In this document: in pieces, positions 25,838-39,475 of the stretch | How positions within the stretch are numbered: the stretch's first letter is position 1 | Layout: each line of letters opens with the position of its first letter | Assembly: GCA_951406725.2 (NCBI GenBank) | Contig: OX597820.1 | Location: 43,586,001 to 43,650,000, forward strand | DNA: 64,000 nucleotides | Reading direction: 5' to 3' | From: Octopus vulgaris | Lineage: Eukaryota | The notes under the pieces: model-generated | The model's database searches: none | The model's input: only the letters and a program-made list of their open reading frames with translations | Told to the model about the DNA's origin: nothing | Translations under genes and position numbers: made by a program

Positions 25838-26229
25838 CTCTCTCTCTCCCTCTTCCTCTCTTTATACCGTCGCTGGAAGAGGATTTAACTCATATTTGCA
25901 AATGATGGTGTGTTTCTCCGACTTGAAAATTGTTAGAAGTTATTGTTCAAAATTATTTTTAGCGCCATTTGCTGGTGCCTCGGGGGAAAATAATTTGATG
26001 AAAATACAGCTAGGGTCGTGACAAATGTCCTCCTAGAATTTGAGCGATATGCGTGCTAATTTGTGGATGTGCATAAATTACATTCACGTACACACACACA
26101 TACACACACACACATACACACACACATCCTGCCTTCTATATATACAAATGTATAGGTATTACAGGTGGATCTCTTTTCTTTACAGTTCTGATGATTTTAT
26201 TTTGAAATGTATTGTTATTTAGTTTATAC

Positions 26230-27350
26230 ATATTCTGGGCGGTGTTTGCAAATATTTCGTTATTCGGGAATTTATTAAAGTGTTTATTACCGGTTTTCCA
26301 AAGTCGAAAGTTTGCTATTTTATAAAAATAGCGTGATCATATGGGGAATGTTCAAATTGTTTGAAGGTGGATGGGTCAGAGCGTACAGTTTATACTCCTG
26401 ATAACTGAATAGCGCATTTCTTCTTCAATCTTCAGCGTTCTATTACCCTGCGCACAGCATTACTTCTGCATAGCGATATTAATTTTGTAAAGTTTTCTCC
26501 TTTAATGTTTTATTCTAAATGGGACATGAATGAGAAGTTTACAAAACCTGAATTTAGTGTTTTTGTGTTATTTGTTCAAATATCTAGAGGTTTGATATAA
26601 TTTTGTACCCCAAATTTATAGCGCTTCGATGTCAGACTTTTATATGTATACGCCGCTTTTAGCATTTCTCTTCTGTTACAGAAAAATCAGGTTTCTACAC
26701 ATTTGTCGAGGATGAGGAATAATCTGCAACGGGAAAATAAAAATAATTCAAAGTATAAGCGGTACTCCCTAGCTATTTACCCTTTTAAATTACCAAATAT
26801 GGGGTGAAAATTACAAGATAAATCAAATGGAAAGTGTTTTTCACGTTCTTCTCTACGACATATTCATCAGCCGATGTCGTAAATTTATAGATGTCGTAAT
26901 TGTAGTTGCAAATGTTCGCTTCTCTATATTGTAACCAAAAAAGTTACAACTTTATAAGGATGCTATTGTGCAAACCGGGCACTAAGTATTTGAATTCAGT
27001 ATCACATAATCATGTTGAAACACTTTTGGTTTATTTTTATGTACAAAGCTCTATGTTTATAGGAAAAGCTCAATTTGAGAAATACTTTGCCATTTTACTT
27101 ATACAGCTACCCAAATACGCCTGTATTCATAATTGTCTTGGAGTTACCTGGCATTCCAAAATTACGTATATATGTATCTGGTAACTCATCAAAATTCTTT
27201 TGCCTTGTAGTTTCCAATGATGAAATATTTCTACAGAATCCGTGCACCATATATTCTTGCTTAACTATAGTTTTCTTCAATCTTGTTATCATTTGTATAA
27301 AAACAGTAAATTCAACAGCCAACGTTTTGTTTTGAAGAATAGGGGTTTTC
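26230..27350 (-). pseudogene. Highly degraded piggyBac-like transposase
   Basis: Near 26600-26690 the minus strand reads FSVTEEKC*KRRIHIKV / SKRYKFGVQNY, resembling LSVDESM..FKGR..FK.Y.PSK..KFGIK. Boundaries uncertain. Confidence 0.4.
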
Positions 27351-28702
27351 TATTACAAGCTATATGGGTATACAGTACATTACGCTTCATACAACCAAGT
27401 ACGCTGCGTCCTTGCTATATATTTCCTATCTTCTAAAAACACTCAGTGTATATTTATCGATTGCGTATAAGTCTTGTTTAGTATTTGGTCAAGCTGAAGT
27501 TGTATGCTATTGAGACAAGAGAACAAAGATGTACAACAGGGTTGTATTTTAGTTTGACAATTGTTTGTACCAGATATCGCTCATGGTTTTTTCATCCCCA
27601 AAATTAAAATCAGGATTCTTCTAATCACGCTGGGTTCTTTCTGGAAGTGTCTTAATTACTTACCTTTCTGAAATTGTATTCGCTACTCCAGATAAACGTG
27701 TTCCTCTTTCCATTCCATTCCGTTCTCAAATTAATTTCCGTAAACTGCTAATTATCTTTGAGTGCATATAACATTTTCTATGCAGTCTCTGAAGTTGTAA
27801 TTTAGGTTTTTAGTAATTATTCCAGTTTTTGAATACAGTTCATCTCTGGTGACAATTTTAAGTTTCTATTTCTCACTGAGTAGAATTAATCTGCAACATT
27901 ATATTACAGAACTGTTCCTTTCATGTTCTTGAATCAGCTATTATATAAATAATCAGGGTGGTCAGTATCTCACACTACACTAGTTTCGGTGGTCCAATGA
28001 AATGATGTGTGATATGTGTTCAACATATTATGTGTTTAAAATTTAATTCCATAATGAGAAGGTATGGCCGTAAACGGAAAGATCTTAATTGAAGTCATTC
28101 ATTTCTTGTAACGTTAATAATGTCCTTGAGAAAATATAAGATTCTATGGATCTAATTTTGCGATTTCTCGAAATATAGTCATTGACTATCGAAAGAATTA
28201 AATAGAGATTAAGTGTATTTAAGTGATATTTAAACCAAAGACTTACTGCACGATTTGTAAAAGTCCCTGTACGTTGTAAATATTTGCGTACAAAATAGGG
28301 AACACTACATTTTCTAACAAAGCATCAATGAAGACGACAGTGCGTTTACGCTACCGCCTGAATGATGTGTAAAGTGGAAGCATATGAGAAGCACTTGATT
28401 GCAATTCAGTTTCTAATTTCCAACACATATTTGAACATTTAAATGTTCAATAAGACATTGCTTATACTTTTCGATGACCTTGACAAATGTGTTGAAAGTT
28501 GTTCTGACCGTTCCTATTAAAGAATGAATTGTATGATAGTGAAATACGCGCGCGTGCGTATGAGAGTGTGTTCAAATGCATATATACTCGAGTGGATGGA
28601 TATCTATGTATGTCGCTGTGTATGTATGCAACAGCATGTGTTTATTTGCTCAGGCATGTGCATGGACAGTTATCTAAGTTCGAATCAATTTGTTGTTTGC
28701 AG

Positions 28703-29929
28703 GAAATCATTATTCCCTGTAGTGATATTCAAAGACCATTTACAAAATACACTGACTTGTTTCTTCATCTCCACTGAGAATATTTTTTGGCTATTAGGCT
28801 ATTAGTTTAGTGAGTTATAATTGAGTCACTGCTCTGTAGAGTCTAGATTTTTTTTTCATCTAAACAAACGTTATAATATATTTCTTTTGTTATTCTAGAA
28901 GACGTTTGGGAATAGTCTAAACAATTATTTACTTTCGGGTGACACCTGCTCAACATGGCTTCGTTAATGATGAGCTACTCTTTTATAAAAACGAAAACAT
29001 TGTATCTTTTCAATATTCATTTCTTTTGTTTAGTATATTTCTTCCTTATTTCAGCTTATTATTCATTCATACTCCCTTAAATCGTTTCAACACTTCAAAT
29101 ATTCATAGCTGATTTTTTTCTAAAACATAATTGATGAGACATGAGAAAAAAATAGTCGATTACAAAGTAAGAATGTCTAATTCTCATTGATCATATATAT
29201 ATATATTTATACATATATAGTTTTCGTTCTTTCTTTGATGATACTTTTTAGTAGTTCGCTATAATGTTAGCTCTCCGTGAAGCCTTCCTCTGAAGACAAA
29301 AACACACAAACATCGAGAACAAACAATTCTTTTGCCATTTCCACTAAAAATCCAATAATTTCAACAACCCGTTTCAAGCACACAAATCTTAATTATGGTG
29401 ACTGGAAAATTCCAAAGTTACGCAGCATTGCTCACTAGTTGACTTCAGAATCACTTGAAAGAAATCGTCGCTAAAAGCTTTAGATTTTGAGATTATTAGG
29501 TTGGAAAAGAAAATAAATAAATAAATTCACCATAAAATAGCCATTGATCCCTGTTAAAAGCCATTGATCTTCGTCTTCACAGATCCTATCAAAGAGGATA
29601 CTGTGATGATAGCATCTTTTTGACTCAGGTTGTATTTAATCGATAGCTTGTTAGTAAACTCAATAAAAGATCACAATGAAAACACAAGTGTTTCACAGGA
29701 ACCTAAAGGACTAATTATTTCTAGTCAAGGACATAAATTTGTCACTTATTTTTCGAATTACATAGAATTAGATGCGTTAGATTGTATATACAGTATATTG
29801 GAATGTCTCCTTTAGTTTTGGCTCACAACGATTTTAACACATCTTACATCAGGGGAAGAAGAAATGGCAAATCGCAACATTAATGCTTTTCCGACAGAAA
29901 GTGAATCCGAAGGAGATGAATTTGGATAA
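28703..29929 (+). other. Candidate spliced transcript (exons 28703-28809, 28899-28938, 29583-29628, 29816-29929): pseudogene, lncRNA or 3' end of a gene
   Basis: Four pyrimidine-tract AG acceptors and three GT donors in repeat-free DNA. The last two exons read openly as SYQRGYCDDSIFLTQ|FWLTTIL..ESESEGDEFG*. AATAAA at about 30164. No family recognised. Confidence 0.3.
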
Positions 29930-31952
29930 AGCTCAATGTGAAGCTTGACACATACGGAAATGTGTAACAAGTTATTAGTTTCTTATTGATTAGAGATGAA
30001 AAAAAAAAGGTGGGGTAAAAATTCAGGATATTGCGACATTTATTTCTACACAGGAATATGTTTTCATAGTAAATGAGACATTTATTTCTTTAGACAAATA
30101 TGTTTTCATGATCCATACATATTTTATAGCTACACTCTACTTCAAAAGAATTGCTTTACGTAAAATAAATGGCTTCAAACATTCAGTGGAACTAAGTCGG
30201 TATTTCGACAACATTCGAGCTTATGGTCTTGCTCTATAGCAATGACTATAACGCCGAATATAAATTATATTTTTAACATATATATATATATATATATATA
30301 TACTTTTTGTTTCTTATTTGAAGATAATTTTAAGATCATTAATGATATATATATTTTGATAATATATATTGTGTATATGAACCAAAGAGCGTACTTTTGA
30401 ATAGATGCCGACTAATGTAATATAGAAATATATCTCTATGCATAATCTCACAGGAAATTATTTCTGATATTGAAACAGTTAATGAAATATGAAAAATCAT
30501 TGCTTTGAACTTGCAATAATATATATGGAGGACTATAATAATGAATGTGATATTTACAAATACTTTTTTTTTTATTATTTTTAGAATTTTACTACTTCCA
30601 TACTTCATTTAAAAGATGAACTTGTTCTTTTGTTATTTTTGTTGTTGATTTTTGTATCTTCATTAAACTACGGTCATGCGGGATCGTCACAAAAAAGATT
30701 TTGTGCCGGTTACATTGACTTCTGTATTGCGTATGGAGGTTAATTTATCAATATTTCTATTCCTCGTAACACCGAGATACTGAATATTTTGCCTATTATA
30801 AAGACATTTTTGACACGAGATTTCAGTCCGCATGTTATTGGTGTTGTTGTTCTTCTTCTTGTTATTATTGCTGCTTAGCCCCCAGTCAGTCTTGTTCAAA
30901 CATATTTCTATCCATTTTGACTGTACGTCAAGGACTACGTTATCGAGAATATATTTTTTTAGAAGGTAGAAATTTATTTCAGGGTGATTTGACTTCTCTG
31001 TCTAACATATCGAGCAATCCTTCAAGAGGTTCACTCGTTGACTCTATTTTTTGAAATGTTTCGCTGATTTGTCCATGACTGTGTAGAAAACAAAGACACA
31101 GGATGTGAAATCACGTTGGCTTCAATCGTCCAACACCTTATTCACATTTGCCATTATCAACCCTCTGTAAATTTAATGGTAGTCTATTGCCACGAACATT
31201 ATGTTCTGGCTGTTGGTTTAATCCCACAATATGCCATCTTTTGCCATTATTGATGTCTGCCTAATGGAACACTATCGGTAGATTTCCCATAGGGAAAAGC
31301 TCTTCTATTTTGTCTAGTTTTTCTTGTTTTACTTGCTTTTTGTTCTCGTGTCGATACAGTGTCAAGCTGAAACAGAACTCTTGTCACATCAGCAGAATCA
31401 CCATAGACAGCCTTTCCGAATTGTATCAATAATTTAACAAAAGTCAACTATCTAACTGACATGTCTCAGTGGTAATGACGCTAAGTGGACTGGTAACTGG
31501 AAAACGAGATTTTTGTTGATTACATTTATATAGTTATTTATGTATTTATTTATTTATCGGCAAATCGATAGTTTTACGTCCAGTGTCACCTTCCGGACAT
31601 TCACGTTTTAGCATTTTCTTCCATTTTGATTATTTAACCATGCTTATGTACCGTCGGGATCTTTTCCGCCGAAATTGGCAGTTCACTACCAAACATCCGT
31701 GCGACAACTTGCCATTTGCTAAGCCTATTTAAAACATCGGGTTTAGTCAGACGAACTCTGTTAAAAGCTCTATGGAACTTTTCATCATTTAGCCTCTGTT
31801 TTCGTGAAATAATGGTGACAATAAACAGGAAAAAACATTTTTATACAGTTTCCAACATGCAATGCACATACACAGGAAGCAAATCACTAAAAGAGATGCA
31901 TTCAAGAATAAATATATAATGATTATAATAATAATAATGATAATAATAATAA

Positions 31953-32109
31953 TCCTTCCTACTAAAGGCACAAGGGGGGCGGGGATTAGTCATCCAAAAG
32001 GTTCAAAGGGAAAGTCGACCTCAGCGAAATTTGAACACAGAACGTAGTGACGGGCGAAATACCGCTAAACATTTCGCTCGGTGTGCTAATGATTCTGCCA
32101 GCCCGCCTT
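31953..32109 (-). mobile_element. SINE A, internally deleted, in (TAA)n
   Basis: Similarity to the family consensus. Confidence 0.75.
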
Positions 32110-32130
32110 AATAATAATAATAATAATAAC

Positions 32131-32161
<31 letters not shown>

Positions 32162-32169
32162 TGCTTTTT

Positions 32170-32668
32170 CACCAGAAAAGGTCACAGAAAACGAGAAAAC
32201 AACCATACTCTGGGATATGCCGATACACACAGATAGAGAAATTAAGGCCAACAGACCAGATATAGTTGTCAGAGATCATGAAGAAAAAAAATGCTTTCTA
32301 ATTGATGTATCAATACCGGCAGATGACAACGTGTCTCTAAAAAAATGGAGAAACTCTCAAAATACAAAGACCTGGAAATAGAGGTAACTAGAATGTGGAA
32401 TCTGAAAACAGAAACAATTCCAATCATAGTAGGTGCATTAGGCATGATAAAAAAATATTCAGACAAATACATAACAAAAACACCAGGACTTACAAACACA
32501 TATAACATACAGAAAATGGCACTACTAGTCACTGCACACATCCTACGCAGAACATCTTCCATACAATAACCATCAGAGCATCACAACAAATCACAGCACA
32601 TACCTAAGGCACACAGAGCTGTGCTCGGTAGTGAAGTGAAAGCACGCTATAAAAATAAAACTACTGAA
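32170..32668 (+). mobile_element. R4/Dong-like LINE, 5'-truncated (young family, copy A)
   Basis: TILWDMPIHTDREIKANRPDIVVRDHEEKKCFLIDVSIP..EKLSKYKDL..IPIIVGALG is the PD..D restriction-like endonuclease. The 3' UTR ends CTACTGAA(TAA)n. Confidence 0.93.
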
Positions 32669-32724
32669 TAATAATAATAATGATAATAATAATAATAATA
32701 ATGATAATAATAATGATGATGATG

Positions 32725-32777
<53 letters not shown>

Positions 32778-32779
<2 letters not shown>

Positions 32780-33000
32780 CTTCAAATGTCAGCACAAGAC
32801 CAACAGTTTTGTGGGAGGGGGCTAACCGATTACTTCGACAGCAGGGCTCAACTGGTACTTATTTTGTTGAGCCCCGAAACGATAAAAGGCAAAGTCAGCA
32901 TCCTTGGAATTCGAAGGGAGAATTAAGGACAGTCGAAGTGATACCTAGCATTTGCCTGGCATCCTAACGATTCTGCCGGCTCCTTACCTTAATAATGATG

Positions 33001-33089
<89 letters not shown>

Positions 33090-33300
33090 CCATTTTACTA
33101 TAGGCGCAAGGACTGAAAATTGGGGTAGGAGCTAGTTCATTAGATCGCCCCCAGTTTTCACACGTACTTATTTTATCGACACGAAAGAATGAAAGGCAAA
33201 ATTGACCTCGGCGGAATTTGAACTCAGAACGTACAGACGGACGAAATATCGCTAAACACTTCGCCCGGCTTGCTAACGATTCTGCTAGTATGACGTCTTC
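32778..33300 (-). mobile_element. Two SINE A copies separated by (TAA)n
   Basis: Copies at about 32778-32990 and 33091-33300. Confidence 0.78.
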
Positions 33301-33344
33301 ATAATAATAATAATAATGGTTTCCAATTGTGACTCAAACCCGGA

Positions 33345-34985
33345 AGATAGCTACCTCACTGCCTATTTCTGGGTAAGACTGGCCACCCTGTGTGTCACCT
33401 TGTCTCAATTATTATCTACCGGGAGGTTGGGACCAAGGCAGACCCCAAGCAGTTTAATTGGTCCGTCGTTCCACCGTCCGACGAGGCCGTCCGATGGCAT
33501 CGATCTGCTTCTGTAGGAGCCCAACTGCAAACACACCGATTTGTGGGTGTTGATTTTAGCCCCGGCAACCGACTCGTAATCTTCTGGAATATTGCCGACC
33601 GCCTCCAGTTCATAAAAAAGGTGATAGCGTGTGATGCCAAACGGTTCCGATAAGGGCCGTTTACATTGAACACTGAGGAGGTGCCGCTGTACATTGCAGT
33701 GAACCAGCCATTGAAAACATGTCCGAAACCCTCTACATTCAGGACGGCTTCCAAGTAGCGATAGTCGATCCTATCGAATGTTTTGGATTGACAAAATTTG
33801 ATCAGAGCACCCCCAAAACCAGCTTTGATCCTAGTACTCTCTATGATGTATGACATAGGGTGGAGGTTGTCGTGGATAGACCTGCTCGGGATTGCACACA
33901 TTTGCACTTCCCCAACCAAGCTACTCCGAAAAGCCCCAATCTTTTCGTCAAGAATTTTGCCAAAATCTTAAACTCTGTTTTTAGCAGGGATATGCGCCGA
34001 AAATTCCATAGTGCGTCCCCATTCTCGGCGTCCTTCCGCAGCAGTGTCACCTAACAGCACTAGTAATGCTCTCGTTCTGTTGCTAGTTTTGGTAGACGTC
34101 AGCCAAGATGTCACCAAATAAATCTGGCATGAATACATTGAATTCATAGGGCAGATCATCCAAACGTGGTGATTTGGAACATGTGCAATCGCTCATTGAC
34201 TCCCGAATTACAACGGCTGTTATCAGCTTTTCATATAACCTCGCGTCAGCTGCTGAGAGCCGCGGCAAGCCGACCAGGTACGAGTTGAATCACACTACCG
34301 TCATCAACCAAACGCCCCCTCCAAATAGCTACGCGAAGTGCTTTTGGAATGCCGCACACATCTGCTCGGAGCCGAGTAACACGCACCCGTCCCGATCCGT
34401 CAAAAATCTGATAGTGGTTTTGTTTCCTCGTCGCGTCTCTACCGTTCGGGACCATCGGACAGCTATAGTTCCTTCCTGTTTGTACACACAGGCCTTAACT
34501 CTGACATCGCAACCTTCGTGTTTTGCTTCGGAGAAATGGTCAAGAGTCATTCTTGCACTGATACATTGGTTGTGATGCCCTTACTAATCGATTCTTCTAA
34601 TTTTCAAACTAGTTCGCTCTCTAATCTATTCATTTCTATTGTTAACTCATTGCGGAAAGTTATCTATTCTGCTCTATTCACCCTCTTCAGGGCGATCCAC
34701 CACTGGCTGTTGATGATTGCCTCTGTCAACTACCGCTAAACTAGTTCACTAATCCGGTCCGTGTAGTCATTGCTTGCCAGAAAGGGTGCATTCTACTTCC
34801 AGTAAGCGGTCACCAGTCTACGGATCCTATCTAGCTCGACTGCACAGATCACAAACTTGTGGCCTGTGTAACCGATCATTTTTAGTTTTGAACAACCTTC
34901 GTTATCTCTACCCACTGAGGTACCAAATACTCTCGAGACGATATGGATGACCCATTGTGGTTGCTCCATATGCTACACTGTTTTG
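33345..34985 (-). pseudogene. L1/Tx1-clade LINE ORF2 relic (end of APE plus RT domains 0-3)
   Basis: Fragments in shifted frames: KSPRLDDLPYEF, TLLRKD..NFRRISLLKTEFKILAKFLTKRL, GALIKFCQSKTFDRIDYRYLEAVL..GFG..F.GW..AMYS. Confidence 0.88.
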
Positions 34986-35000
34986 CTCCTCTTGTGGGTT

Positions 35001-35930
35001 GTAAAGAAATAGGTATTTCGTCTGCCGCTAGGTTCCGAGTTCAAATTCTGCCGAGGTCAACTTTGTCTTCCATCCTTTCGGGGACGATAAATCATGTACC
35101 AGTTACTCACTGGAGTAGATGTAATCGACTTCATCCCTTTGTATATCATTGTTTAGCCCCTTGTGGGCAATAAAGAAACAAAAAATGTTAGCACGCCGAG
35201 CGAAATGCTTAGCGGTATTTCGTCTGCCTCTACGTTCTGATTTCAAATTCCGCCAAGGTCGACTTTGCGTTTCATTCTTTCGGGGTCAATTAAATAAGTA
35301 CCACTTACGCACTGGGATCCATATAATCGACTTGATCCGTTTGTCTGTCCTTGTTTGTCCCTTCTGCGTTTAGCTCCTTGTGGGTAGTAAAAAATTGGTA
35401 TTTCTTCTGCCGCTACGCTCTGAGTTCAAATTCCGCCGAGGTCAACTTGCTTTTCATCCTTTCGGGGTTGATTAAATAAGTACCAGTTATGCACTGGGGT
35501 TGATATAATCGACTTAATCCGTTTGTCTGTCCTTGTTTGTCCTCTCTGTGTTTAGCCCCTTGTGAGTAGTAAAGAAATAGAAATAGGTATTTCGTCTGCC
35601 GCTACGTTCTGAGTTCAAATTCCGCCGACGTCGACTTTGCGTTTCATCCTTTCGGGGTCGATTAAATATGTACCAGTTACGTACTGGGGTCGATATATCG
35701 GCTTAATCCGTTTATCTGTCCTTGTTTGTCCCCTCTGTGTTTAGCCCCTTGTGGGTAGTAAAGAAATAAGTATTTCGTCTGTCTTTATGTTTTGAGTTCA
35801 AATTCCGCTCGATTTTGCCTTTCATCCTTTCAGGATCGATAAATTAAGTACCAGTTGTATACTGGAATCAATCTAATCGACTGGCTCCCTCCTCCAAAAT
35901 TTCGGGCCTTGTGCCTAGAGTATAAAATAT
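35001..35930 (+). mobile_element. Tandem array of five ~185-bp SINE A units
   Basis: Units start at about 35001, 35186, 35391, 35581 and 35769, joined tail-to-internal at GTAAAGAAATA|GGTATTTCGTC. Confidence 0.92.
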
Positions 35931-36864
35931 TATTTCGTTGAGCAAGGCACAATCATATCCATCTTATATAGTCTTATAATAGATACATTTGCAATAGATA
36001 CAAATGCTGGTGCAGCTCTCCATCGAGATGTTATATCTTCACTGTTATGGGGTATCAATGTTAGGAGCACCCAGAAAATGTGTATTTCAAGTAGGAAATA
36101 TATATAAACCTTAAATAAATAATGAAAGCGGGTAGGGACTACGACATTATACTTGATTGTGAGTGACGCTGTCAATGGTCTGATGATAATTTTCTGTTCC
36201 AATATATGCAATTTATCGACTGTACACGGGTAAGAATAAATGCACTAATAGACCACGCATGAATGAGGACTCCACTTCATGGTCGATCGACTTGATGCGA
36301 ATAGCGACCAAGTTTACTTCAGTTCGCAACGTGTCCTCTTAAAAGAAAAAATATACTGCATCTGAATAAAAGACAAAGTATCCCAGAAGGGAACGTCTTC
36401 GGTCAGGAAAATCCTCACCCGAAGTTGACCTGTGATTTGACAAGGGAACCAAAAGGACACGAATGAAATTCCACATGAAATAACCCAAATATCATACGCG
36501 TTGCAAAGACCTGCAATAGCTAAACTTAAAAGGGGAATGTTTTTATTGAATTTATTGAATTTTATGCATAAAAGTTATGGAAAACAGGAAGTTGAAAGAA
36601 ATCCGCATCGCCATGAGCCAATAAACTGGAACCTGATGAAACTGATGAAAAGCTAACTAAAGGAACTTGATTTTAATATTTAATTCGGCAAACAAAACAA
36701 AAAAATCCTTATTGGTTTCAAAAGCCATTCATAACATACGCACATTCACATGCGTATATATGTTTGTCTGTCTATCTATCTGTCTGTGTGTTTGTCTGTC
36801 TGTCTGCTTGTCTGTCTGCCTGTCTGCCTGTCTGTCTGTCTGTATGTATGTATGTATGTATGTA

Positions 36865-37721
36865 CGGCTTTGACAGTTTGGATAAAAGTAAAAGAAAATA
36901 TATATCATCGAAAAAAACGTTTTTCAAGTATCAACTAGATTATGGCTGGCAGATGACAGTTTGTTCAAAGTAGTCGCCCTCAACTTCCATCACGGCCTTA
37001 AGACGGCTCCATTATCGGGCACATACGTTCCTCGCTGTACCCCTGGGAATATCTTCGAACACCTCCTTGATTTTGTCACCACCTCCGCCTTAGTATTGTA
37101 AGCAGAACAGTTGGTATCCTTCTGAACCATGTTCCAGATAGACTAATCCATGGGATTACTAACGGGGAGATTAAGGGGACCGTAACTGGAGCTGATGAAG
37201 TCGTATAAATTCCCCGACAACCATTTCTAACTCTTTCCGAAGATATGGCAAGGAGTTGCATTTTGCTGCCATACATATGGCCCTCTAGTAGCAATCGTCT
37301 TCCGCCAGAGATTGTCCAGTCTCCAGCAACTTCACATAGCTGTCTGAAATGAGCCTAAGGCGCTGTTCAAATATGTGGGGATCAAATTCGGCATGCAGAT
37401 GCAGTCAGAACGATTGATTAATCCCTTCTCCCCACAGCCTCGTATTCTCTGTTTCAGCTGTTCATGTCACGTCTTACATCCTTAATGTTCACAGAGCATT
37501 GAACAGCAGTCATAAAGTTGGCATTTTAATACTCGGCGGAATTTACATAATATACGTACTAATTTTCCAATATCCAAACGGATTCCAGTCCGCCTTGTCA
37601 GCTAACTCGTTCTCAATTTCAACTTTAATTGTTATGCTTTGCAACACCGTTCACTATTCACCAGTACATCACGTTGTTCCTGAAAAAGGCAAAAATATTC
37701 AAATTTAGCTCGATTACTCTG
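36865..37721 (-). mobile_element. Tc1/mariner (maT-like) relic, internally deleted
   Basis: PHIFEQRLRLISDSYVKLLET, GPYVWQQNATPCH..KWLS.N, NPMD*SIW..NTKAE..IKEVFEDIPR..SRLKAVMEVEGDYFE. Confidence 0.85.
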
Positions 37722-37787
37722 TATATATGAATAGGTATATATATATGAATGTGTGCGCGCACGTGAGTGTATGTGCGTAGATGGGTG

Positions 37788-37945
<158 letters not shown>

Positions 37946-38324
37946 GAGTGAGTGAGTGAGTGATTCATAAGTAGATAGATATTATGCAATATCCTAACCT
38001 CAAATTCATATACAACCCTAATAACTGTGATATACATACAAGTAAAATATTTTCAAGTGACTCGGTTGTAAAGCAAATTATATCAAACATGGAGATGTAA
38101 CACGTAATAAGACAAACAAACAATGTAACAATTCAAAAGATCGAGAATACAACTCTAGGTAAGACCAACGTCTTGTTCTAATAATGATGATGAAGATATT
38201 CAGATAAAAGAGAAACGACGAACCGTCAATGACAGCCTCAAAGGAAACAATTTCAGAAAGAGAAAATCGAAATTAGAGCGACCACTGAAACTAAGACCCA
38301 GGGTATGTAGTTCACCCAGTATAT

Positions 38325-38742
38325 TATTTCTTTATTGCCCACAAGGGGCTAAACATAGAGGAGACAAACAAGGACAGACAAAGAGATTAAGTCGATTACA
38401 TCGACCCCAGTGCGTAACTGATACTTAATTTATCGACCCCGAAACGATAAAAGGCAAAGTCGACCTCAGCGGAATGTGAACTCAGAACGTAACGGCAGAC
38501 GAAATACCTATTTCTTTACTACCCACAAGGGGCTAAACACAGAGAGGACAAACAAGGACAGACAAACGGATTAACTCGATTATATCGACCCCAGTGCATA
38601 ACTGGTACTTATTTAATCGACCCCGAAAGGATGAAAGGGAAAGTCGACCTCAGCGGAATTTGAACTTAGGGCGTAACGGCAGACGAAATACCGTTAAGCA
38701 TTTCACTCGGCATGCTAACGATTCTACCAGCTGGCCGCCTTA
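38325..38742 (-). mobile_element. SINE A dimer with one head and a 16-bp TSD
   Basis: AG(T/C)TCACCCAGTATAT at 38309-38324 and 38743-38758. Confidence 0.92.
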
Positions 38743-39179
38743 AGCTCACCCAGTATATATATAGCTCAGTCATCTCACCGGAGACAAGAAGAAATTGGCG
38801 CATTTCGAATCCAAGATTAAATAATGCAGGGGCGATGACCACGAAGAAGACAAAAACAGTAGGCAAGTTGAGGAAATATAAGGGACAAATTTGTGAGAAT
38901 CTGTGCTGTAGATTTCTGATTACCCAAGCAGTCAGTCCTTGACAATGGATGATATTGCATGTAGCACGGAGACCTGTTTTTATTTTATCTTCTTGATCAC
39001 TCCAAATATTCCCACTCCAGATATTCCCGAGCAATTTCAGAAATATCCGTTCCCAGTATTTACTTATACACATATTTATGCATACATGTATGTAATGGTC
39101 TATGTAAATATTTACGTGCATATACAAATACACACACACACACACTCCCACACACTTACACGCACTCACACACATATAC

Positions 39180-39473
<294 letters not shown>

Positions 39474-39475
<2 letters not shown>

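Noticed and set aside
27957-28061. Additional upstream exon (AAG|GTATGG donor)
   Set aside because: Stops occur in all three frames and the acceptor lacks a pyrimidine tract.
37194-37225. CTGATGA hammerhead core candidates (also 36633 and 50656)
   Set aside because: No stem II followed by GAAA and no NUH/stem I partner; the 37194 site is antisense transposase sequence.
38060-38980. Exon-like frames with GTAAGA/GTATGT donors around the SINE dimer
   Set aside because: There is no consistent acceptor or open frame. The downstream part faintly resembles an RTE LINE C-terminus but is too degraded to call.
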